Below are positions 25,788 through 32,000 of a DNA stretch of 32,000 nt, piece after piece. Both the position numbers and the translations under genes were made by a program. The DNA is from Thermoproteus tenax Kra 1. GTDB taxonomy: Archaea; Thermoproteota; Thermoprotei; Thermoproteales; Thermoproteaceae. The stretch is taken from the NCBI RefSeq assembly GCF_000253055.1, contig NC_016070.1:1710001-1742000 (forward strand). Reading direction: 5' to 3'. Under the pieces are notes generated by a model. That model did not search any database. It worked only from the letters and a program-made list of their open reading frames with translations, and was not told where the DNA came from. The number at the start of each line of letters is the position of its first letter. The stretch's first letter is position 1.

Positions 25788-26678
25788 CTACTTCTTAGCT
25801 TCAGATATCTTCTTGATCAATATCGGCACTATCTTATAAAGGTCCTCAACCACGCCGTAATCGGCGTACTGGAAGATGGGCGCGCTCGGGTCGGAGTTTA
25901 TAGCCGCTATTATCCTCGAGTCAAGTATGCCGGCTATGTGTTGTGGTTGACCTGAGATCCCGATCGCCAGATAGAGCTTGGGGCGCACCTTGTGTCCCGA
26001 CAGGCCGACCCAGTGGTCTTCCGAGAGCCACTTCAGATCAGCCGCTATGGGCCTAGAGCAGCCCACTTGGCCCCCCATTGCTCGCGCCAAATCGAACGCC
26101 ATGGCCAGATCCTCCCTCTTCTTAAACCCCCTTCCCACAGATACAATTATCTCGGCCTCCTCGATCTTGACGCCCCCAGACGCCTTAGGCTCAACGCCGC
26201 CTGTCTTAAACAACTGGATCGGCTGGGGCGTCAACTCGACCACTCTAGAGGGGACCTTTGGGGGCTCCCCCAAGAATTTGCCGGGGGCAACCGTCATGAC
26301 CAGCGGCCTTCTCGCTCTGATAGTAGCTATTGCCTTGTTCCCGAACACATATCTATCGGCTATGACCTCCTCCCCCTCGACTCTAAATGATATGACGTCC
26401 ACCAAGAATGATGCGCCTAGTCTCTGTGCCACGTAGGCGCCCAGCGTTCTTGAATTCTTAGTCGATGGCATAATGACGACATCGTAGTCCTTGGCCAACT
26501 GCAGAACTGCGCCCACTCTAATGCCCAGATCCCGCGGATCGCCTGAGATCTTGTATATCGTCTGTGCCCCCTCCGCCGCCTTCAGCTCGGCGTCGCCCAC
26601 GGCGACGGCCGAGACCTCTCCGACAATGGATGCCGCGTAGAGAGCCTCCTTGTTGGGGAAGACGACGAGAGACCTCAT
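25788..26678 (-). CDS. etfA: Electron transfer flavoprotein alpha subunit
   Basis: EEAEIIVSVGRGFKKREDLAMAFDLARAMGGQVGCSRPIAADLKWL; VGLSGHKVRPKLYLAIGISGQPQHIAG; AINSDPSAPIFQYADYGVVEDLYKIVP. Confidence 0.94.
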   Translation of the reverse strand: MRSLVVFPNKEALYAASIVGEVSAVAVGDAELKAAEGAQTIYKISGDPRDLGIRVGAVLQLAKDYDVVIMPSTKNSRTLGAYVAQRLGASFLVDVISFRVEGEEVIADRYVFGNKAIATIRARRPLVMTVAPGKFLGEPPKVPSRVVELTPQPIQLFKTGGVEPKASGGVKIEEAEIIVSVGRGFKKREDLAMAFDLARAMGGQVGCSRPIAADLKWLSEDHWVGLSGHKVRPKLYLAIGISGQPQHIAGILDSRIIAAINSDPSAPIFQYADYGVVEDLYKIVPILIKKISEAKK

Positions 26679-27451
26679 AGTATCCCCTCCTGTTTTAAAT
26701 ATTGAAGCAGTCTATCTGCCTTCTCCTCCGGGGTCCCGTCCTTTATTATCACCTTCTTCCGCTGTATCACGACCGGTTTATACTCCTTTACTTCAGAGCC
26801 AGACGTAGCTTTTAAGCCCAAGTCGGCCAAAGCCAGTTTGTTCACGGGCTTCTTCATGGCCGCCCTTATGGCGAGCAACGTGGGGATCCTGGGCTGATTT
26901 ATCTCCCTGGTTACCGAGATTACTGCCGGCGGTTGCACCTCGACTAGCTCCACCGAGTCCTCCAGATCCCGTTTGGCCACGACCTTGCCCCCCTCGACTT
27001 TCATCTCTCTTACGTAGGTCACTATGGGCCATCCGAGCTCCGCTGCAACTCTCGGAGGGACCTCCCCAGTGTAGTTGTCCACTGTGGCTTCAGCCGATAG
27101 GACGAGGTCTGCGCCCACCCTCTTGATCACAGCAGCAATGGCCTGCGCAGTGGCCAACTGGTCTGCGTTGACGAGCCCCTCGTCTGCAACCAGGTATGCC
27201 TCGTCGAGTCCCATGGCTAAGACCTCTCTGAGTAAATTCTCTGCCTCTTGGACCCTCTTGGAAAGGGGCGGCCACTTAAGCACTGAGACGGCATAGGCCT
27301 TGTCGTTGCCCTTGAGCTTCAACGCCTCCTCGACGGCGTTGCGATCTATATCGTTGATTTTCAGGGGAGTCTCCTCGATGACGACCCTCCCCTCTCTGAC
27401 TCTAAGTTGACTTGTGTCCAATGCCGGTTTAACTAATACCGCTATCTTCAT
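26675..27451 (-). CDS. etfB: Electron transfer flavoprotein beta subunit
   Basis: MKIAVLVKPALDTSQLRV, NDIDRNAVEEALKLK, QLATAQAIAAVIKRVGADLVLSAEATVDNYTGEVPPRVAAELGWPIVTYV. Confidence 0.93.
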   Translation of the reverse strand: MKIAVLVKPALDTSQLRVREGRVVIEETPLKINDIDRNAVEEALKLKGNDKAYAVSVLKWPPLSKRVQEAENLLREVLAMGLDEAYLVADEGLVNADQLATAQAIAAVIKRVGADLVLSAEATVDNYTGEVPPRVAAELGWPIVTYVREMKVEGGKVVAKRDLEDSVELVEVQPPAVISVTREINQPRIPTLLAIRAAMKKPVNKLALADLGLKATSGSEVKEYKPVVIQRKKVIIKDGTPEEKADRLLQYLKQEGIL

Positions 27452-27507
27452 TACGAGGCTATGCTATGCCAATTTAATAATATTCTCTCGACTAGTTCGT
27501 AAAAATA

Positions 27508-28584
27508 TTACGCAGTGCGCCAGCGTAGCTTTCTCTCTAAGTATTCGTTGACGTACGGGGCAACTTTCATGCCGGCTCCCAATGCCTTCCCTATCAAAGA
27601 CGGCCCGTGTACTACGTCCCCTGCCGCGAAGACCCCCTCCCTCGTCGTCCGGAACTGCTCGTCAACGTTAATAGTTCCATCGGGATTTAGCTTTATCCCG
27701 GCACAGTTGTCCGGAAACGGCGGAGTGGGCTCCTCCCCTATTGCCAACAGGACAGTATCGAACTCCTCCGAGAACTCGCTGCCCGGGATCGGCTCAGGCC
27801 TGGGCCTCCCGCTCTTATCTGGGGCACCTAACTTCATCTTTGTGAACACTACCCGCTCCACCCTTCCGCTACCCTCGAACTTAACGGGGTTCAACAGTTC
27901 TCTGAACTCTATACCCCTATCTATCAGCTCCTTCTTGATGTTGGCCTCCCCCGCTGGAGCCTCCTTTATAGTGCGCCTGTAGGCCACAACGACTTTCTTG
28001 GCTCCGTGCATCAGCGATTCGATGGCTGCATCAATCGCCGTAAGACCAGCGCCCACCACTAAAACCTTTGAGCCTAGAGGATAGACTTTCTCCTTGGGCA
28101 GATAGCCGAGCTCGTGAGAATAAAGTCTGAACAAGAAGTCCAACGCTTGGTAGACGCCCGGGAGGTCCTCGCCGGGCACGCCCATCTTTCTGCTCCTCCA
28201 TGTGCCGGTGGCTATGACCACGGAATCGTATTCGCCTATCAGTTTATTTATGTCTACAAACTCTTTGGCTAATAGCAAGGCATCGTGTTCTCTCGGCCTC
28301 TCGGCTCCGCAGTACACAAAAGTGGACGTGTGAAACACTACGCCCACTTGTCTCAGCTCTGCGACGCCCTCTCTGACCCCCTCCTTGGAGACTCTAAAGC
28401 TGGGTATGCCGAACATCAAGAGCCCCCCAGGCTCCGGCAGAGCGTCATAGACGTGAACCTCATGGCCGAAACACCTGATCTGGCCGGCGGCTCCCAGCCC
28501 GGCGGGGCCGGCGCCTATGACTGCGACGCGTTTGCCGGTGGGCGGTTTAATTGTATTTGGCTTGCACCGAAGCAAGAACTTCAT
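27508..28584 (-). CDS. GltD-like FAD/NAD(P)-dependent oxidoreductase (glutamate synthase small subunit family, no N-terminal Fe-S domain)
   Basis: GKRVAVIGAGPAGLGAAGQIRCFGHEVHVYDALPEPGGLLMFGIPSFRV; VLVVGAGLTAIDAAIESLMHGAKKVVVAYRRT; GVFAAGDVVHGPSLIGKALGAGMKVA. Confidence 0.88.
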   Translation of the reverse strand: MKFLLRCKPNTIKPPTGKRVAVIGAGPAGLGAAGQIRCFGHEVHVYDALPEPGGLLMFGIPSFRVSKEGVREGVAELRQVGVVFHTSTFVYCGAERPREHDALLLAKEFVDINKLIGEYDSVVIATGTWRSRKMGVPGEDLPGVYQALDFLFRLYSHELGYLPKEKVYPLGSKVLVVGAGLTAIDAAIESLMHGAKKVVVAYRRTIKEAPAGEANIKKELIDRGIEFRELLNPVKFEGSGRVERVVFTKMKLGAPDKSGRPRPEPIPGSEFSEEFDTVLLAIGEEPTPPFPDNCAGIKLNPDGTINVDEQFRTTREGVFAAGDVVHGPSLIGKALGAGMKVAPYVNEYLERKLRWRTA

Positions 28585-28614
28585 AGTAAAAGCTATTAGA
28601 GGCCTTAATATTTT

Positions 28615-29181
28615 TCACTTACGCGAAGCACAAAAATCTCTGGAAAATTTAGCCGAAAGGGCGGTGCAGACGAAGTCGAGCGCTATCCTCACAACATCGT
28701 TCTGAGAGAGATATGTAGTGTCAATGACTAAGTCAAACGGCGAGAGGTCGGTTATATCGATATTGTAGATCATCTTATATCTTCGCCTATTTAGCTCTTC
28801 CCTCTCTAGTATCTCCCTCAACGCCTCCTCGTACGTACGCCCATCGCGCAACGCCACCCTCCTAGCTCTTACATCAGCGGCCCCCTTGAGATAAATACAG
28901 ATATCTGCGTAGGGCCTCACGACCCACGCAGTCAAGTGGCCCTCAAGCACTGCATCGCCTCTCTTCGCCTCCTCTATAGCCATTTTGTCGACCTCTCTAT
29001 CTATTTCAAAGTTCTTTTCGGCGTATTTATGGAATTCTATCAAGTCCATTCCATACCTCTGCGCAAGTTCTCTAAATAAAGCTCCGGAAGACCTCAACCT
29101 AAGGCCCAACACGCGCGAGATCTCCCTGGCTACCGAGGTCTTTCCACTGCCCGGTTGGCCCGAAATTGCGACAACTACCAT
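28615..29181 (-). CDS. cmk: Cytidylate kinase, archaeal type
   Basis: MVVVAISGQPGSGKTSVAREISRVLGLRLRSSGALFRELA; DAVLEGHLTAWVVRPYADICIYLKG; RRYKMIYNIDITDLSPFDLVIDT. Confidence 0.9.
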   Translation of the reverse strand: MVVVAISGQPGSGKTSVAREISRVLGLRLRSSGALFRELAQRYGMDLIEFHKYAEKNFEIDREVDKMAIEEAKRGDAVLEGHLTAWVVRPYADICIYLKGAADVRARRVALRDGRTYEEALREILEREELNRRRYKMIYNIDITDLSPFDLVIDTTYLSQNDVVRIALDFVCTALSAKFSRDFCASRK

Positions 29182-29438
29182 TAAGACCTTATCGCCAGCC
29201 TCAGCGCTCGTTGAAGCACTTTATGGGAGACATAGCCGCCGTAGGGTCTAGAGGGAGCTCTTAACCTCTCTCTGCTGGTCTTAACCCTCTTTTCATCCAT
29301 CCCCTGTAGAACCTCGCCTGTTATTGCCCCTCTTGGGGGCGAGGCGAAGCGTTTGTAGTAATGAACTACGGTCCTGCCGCCGGGAGTCCTCCTCTGTACT
29401 CTTCTGAGAGAGCGGGAGCGCAGGGCCGGCTTTACCAT
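29181..29438 (-). CDS. rpl34e: 50S ribosomal protein L34e
   Basis: MVKPALRSRSLRRVQRRTPGGRTVVHYYKR...AITGEVLQG...RPYGGYVSHKVLQRAL. TATA-like TTTTAAAAAG about 25 bp upstream. Confidence 0.87.
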   Translation of the reverse strand: MVKPALRSRSLRRVQRRTPGGRTVVHYYKRFASPPRGAITGEVLQGMDEKRVKTSRERLRAPSRPYGGYVSHKVLQRALRLAIRS

Positions 29439-29478
29439 GCGGGGTAGGTTCTGGGCTTTTTAAAATGTTTGCGCCGCG

Positions 29479-30144
29479 CTAATAGCTGGGGACAAAGACC
29501 CTCCTATCGCCGAGGCTTAACGTCGCCACTTTGACGCCATATATCTTGGACAATAGATCTACGTCAACCCGCTCAGGCTCCATCTGGACGGCGCGTCCCT
29601 CCCTCAAAAGCACAACCGAGTCCGCTACATTTATGAGGTCTAAGTCGTGTGACGCCACGACGAAGACCTTCGACTTTTTCAGTTTAGCAAGCAAGCCGAT
29701 TATGGAGCTTTTGCGCGCCAGGTCGAGGTTGGCCGTGGGCTCATCCATCAATACGACATCGCCTTCGGCGAGCGCCTTAGCCAGAAGCACCAGCCGTTTC
29801 TCGCCCGTGCTGAGGCGGGAGAAGATACGCCGTTCATAGCCCCCCAAACCGACGGCGCTCAACCAAGCCAGATAGTCCCTAGGCCTTCTTCCATCTCCAG
29901 CCAATAAGACGTCGATTACCCTTAGATCTACGTTGGAGAACTCTGCAGGCACGTAGCTGACAGCCCCTTTCAACTCAACTCTACCTGACGAAGGCCGATA
30001 GATGCCGGCGAGAGTTCTCAATAAGGTCGTCTTCCCGGCCCCATTCGGGCCCAAAATTAAGTTGATGCCGGGTACTATCCTCAATGTAACGTCTTGGAGC
30101 ACGTAGCGGTCGCCCAACTTAACGGTCAGAGACTCTACCCACAT
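29479..30144 (-). CDS. ABC importer ATP-binding protein (FecE/BtuD-like)
   Basis: LGPNGAGKTTLLRTLAG, RLSTGEKRLVLLAKALAEGDVVLMDEPTANLD, VVASHDLDLI. Confidence 0.88.
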   Translation of the reverse strand: MWVESLTVKLGDRYVLQDVTLRIVPGINLILGPNGAGKTTLLRTLAGIYRPSSGRVELKGAVSYVPAEFSNVDLRVIDVLLAGDGRRPRDYLAWLSAVGLGGYERRIFSRLSTGEKRLVLLAKALAEGDVVLMDEPTANLDLARKSSIIGLLAKLKKSKVFVVASHDLDLINVADSVVLLREGRAVQMEPERVDVDLLSKIYGVKVATLSLGDRRVFVPSY

Positions 30145-31153
30145 TTTTCAACACAAGCAAGATTACGGGCACTGAGAAGATCGAGGTTATTGCCGTCACG
30201 GGCACTGAAAAGCCGAGTGCCCCTCTGGCCAGTATGTCGGAGGCCAACAGCACAGGCGCGCCCACCGCTGCGCTGGAGGGAACCACCTCTCTGGCAGAGC
30301 TGTGCCCCAACATCTGTTTGACGATGTGCGGCACCATTAGTCCCACGAAGCCTATCACTCCGACTTGTGATACTACGAACGACACAGACAGAGATATCAT
30401 AGCTATCCAGAGGGCTCTATACGTGTTGGGTCTCAGCCTCCTCACGTGGGCCAGCTCATCGCTTATAGCGACCAAGTCCATACGCCTGGCCTCCCTTATG
30501 GCAAAAACCGTCATAAGCGCAACTATAGCGGCTAGGACGACGTCAATTCTATACCCCACGTAGTCAATATATCCGAAGAGCCAGAACGTGACCGGGGGTA
30601 TCTGCGGCATAAGCGACGACAGATAAGATAGACCTATAGTCGTAGCCGCCGAGAATAGATAGGAGACGGCGACCCCGCCTATGACGGTGGCATATACATC
30701 GCCTCTGCCTATAGCCAATGTCGTTATGCTGGCCGTTGTTGCGAAAAAGAATGCGAGAGGCACTTGATAAAGGATCAGATAGACAGGGGATAGGCCGGCC
30801 GCCACTAGGGCGTACGCCAACAAGGCCCCGAAGGCGGCGCCAGAGGCCGTGCCGGCTATATATGGATCTAGGAGCGGGTTCCTATATAGAGTCTGCATCA
30901 CAGCGCCCGACATGGAGAGAATGGAGCCTATAAGGGCCGCCGCAATGGCCGTGGGCAACCGTATGTACCAGACAATGACAGCGTAGTTTCCATCGAAGAA
31001 CTTATTCGGAGGTACAAAGACAGAGCCGGTCATTAAAAACGCGAAAAACAAGGGAGGTGTAGCCAGAGCGGATAAAAGTGCTATTCCTTTTGGGCTCACG
31101 GGCTGTTTATCCCTTTTATTAATAAAGTTGCATTGAGACTCTTGAGGAACCAC
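30119..31153 (-). CDS. ABC importer permease (FecCD/BtuC family)
   Basis: RLPTAIAAALIGSILSMSGAVMQTLYRNPLLDPYIAGTASGAAFGALL; GFIGLMVPHIVKQMLGHSSAREVVPSSAAVGAPVLLASDI. The start may lie inside the called ORF. Confidence 0.9.
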   Translation of the reverse strand: MVPQESQCNFINKRDKQPVSPKGIALLSALATPPLFFAFLMTGSVFVPPNKFFDGNYAVIVWYIRLPTAIAAALIGSILSMSGAVMQTLYRNPLLDPYIAGTASGAAFGALLAYALVAAGLSPVYLILYQVPLAFFFATTASITTLAIGRGDVYATVIGGVAVSYLFSAATTIGLSYLSSLMPQIPPVTFWLFGYIDYVGYRIDVVLAAIVALMTVFAIREARRMDLVAISDELAHVRRLRPNTYRALWIAMISLSVSFVVSQVGVIGFVGLMVPHIVKQMLGHSSAREVVPSSAAVGAPVLLASDILARGALGFSVPVTAITSIFSVPVILLVLKNVGRVSDR

Positions 31154-32000
31154 GCGGAGGTCAGACAGTGCGGCGCGTTGCCGGTAAGCACTTTGTGGAG
31201 CATGACCACGGCGTAGACAGACATGAGAGACGGCTCCTCAAGAGCGTCCTCCGGAAGGCCGGAGACCACGTAGACTCTGCCAGACCTATATGCAGCCACT
31301 TTATTGACGCCGGGGATGTTATCTAAAGCTTGCAACGCGTAGGTACAATTGCTCACGCCCATGGCTGAGAGCACGATTACGTCTGGATTTGAGGCTATCA
31401 AGAGCGAAGGCTCGAAGGGCCCCCAGCCCCCTCTCTCTATGGCGTTGATCCCTCCGGCCGCATCAACCACTGCCGATATAAATGTGTTGTTGCCGGCGGC
31501 GTAGAAGGATCCATCAGGATTTATCCAGACTATAACCGCGACGGACGCATTCAAGGGAGCTCCATATATCTCGAGCTCTCTGTTCATCCAAGTTACCAAT
31601 GCTTGGGCCCTCTGCTCTTTATGAAAGATCTTGCCCAGAGCTAGGAGATCCTCCTCTATCCCGGTTATGTTTGCCGCCAAAGTTCCTCTGAGGAAATAGA
31701 CGTTTAGACCTGTCTTGGGCAGATCCCGCGCCCAAAGTGCCTCAAAGCCTGCGTCGGCTAACACTATATCGGGATGTAGGAGCATCACGGTCTCGTTGAA
31801 ACCTGTCGGCGACATGGCATTTATCTTGATAACCTCGGCGTTGGCAGGGAGACAAGATGTGGCGTTCAACTCGCTCAATAGTTGATAGCTAAATTGGTCG
31901 AGGCCGATTATTCTATTACAGAGACCAAGGGCCACTAGCATCTGGGTTATACTGGGCGCTAGCGAGACCACAGTGGCGGGTTCAGAGGATATTACAAGGG
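31096..32000 (-). CDS. Periplasmic-type metal/cobalamin binding protein (BtuF/FecB-like), N-terminus beyond window
   Basis: Frame is open to the window edge (LVISSEPATVVSLAPSITQMLVALGLCNRIIGLDQFSY); LHPDIVLADAGFEA; GLPEDALEEPSLMSVYAVVML. Confidence 0.85.
   Translation of the reverse strand, partial: LVISSEPATVVSLAPSITQMLVALGLCNRIIGLDQFSYQLLSELNATSCLPANAEVIKINAMSPTGFNETVMLLHPDIVLADAGFEALWARDLPKTGLNVYFLRGTLAANITGIEEDLLALGKIFHKEQRAQALVTWMNRELEIYGAPLNASVAVIVWINPDGSFYAAGNNTFISAVVDAAGGINAIERGGWGPFEPSLLIASNPDVIVLSAMGVSNCTYALQALDNIPGVNKVAAYRSGRVYVVSGLPEDALEEPSLMSVYAVVMLHKVLTGNAPHCLTSAWFLKSLNATLLIKGINSP

Noticed and set aside
29531-29839. Antisense ORFs over the pur, rgy, etf and ABC genes (many in the track)
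   Set aside because: All lie fully inside strongly supported genes on the other strand and show no family motifs.
1-32000. CRISPR array, rRNA genes or prophage
   Set aside because: No regularly spaced direct repeats, no rRNA signature and no phage structural genes were seen by reading. A repeat-finder was not run.

Overview
Window from a hyperthermophilic crenarchaeon, most likely Thermoproteales (reverse gyrase, QueF-like archaeosine enzyme, multi-intron tRNAs, TATA-proximal leaderless starts). The taxonomic call is inference. Positions 1-11.3 kb hold an almost complete de novo purine pathway: purF (C-terminal part only), purQ, purS, purD, purC, purM, folD, purN, purK, purE, purL. It also contains a second, atypical PurF-like gene that lacks the N-terminal catalytic Cys and is coupled to purQ. 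Positions 11.3-17.4 kb hold a NitT/TauT-like ABC ATPase with a double-domain permease, a short TGT-like protein overlapping a QueF-like protein, a DrrA-type ABC exporter and a Trm112-like protein. Positions 17.4-21 kb hold a DHH phosphoesterase, three intron-containing tRNAs (Arg-TCT, Lys-CTT with 2 introns, Gly-TCC with 2 non-canonical introns), an HhH-GPD glycosylase and a radical SAM protein. Positions 21-32 kb hold a degraded TnpB locus, reverse gyrase, ETF alpha/beta, a GltD-like flavoprotein, cytidylate kinase, L34e and a metal/cobalamin-type ABC importer. The most notable observations are: (1) an 18-bp motif wTTAAsTAnATGCTTAAw found once in each of three pur promoter regions; (2) the Cys-less PurF paralog; (3) the TGT-like/QueF-like overlapping pair; (4) the tRNA intron architecture; (5) IS200/605-like end sequences and TnpB debris. 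No CRISPR array was seen. All homology calls come from motif recognition; no database search was run.
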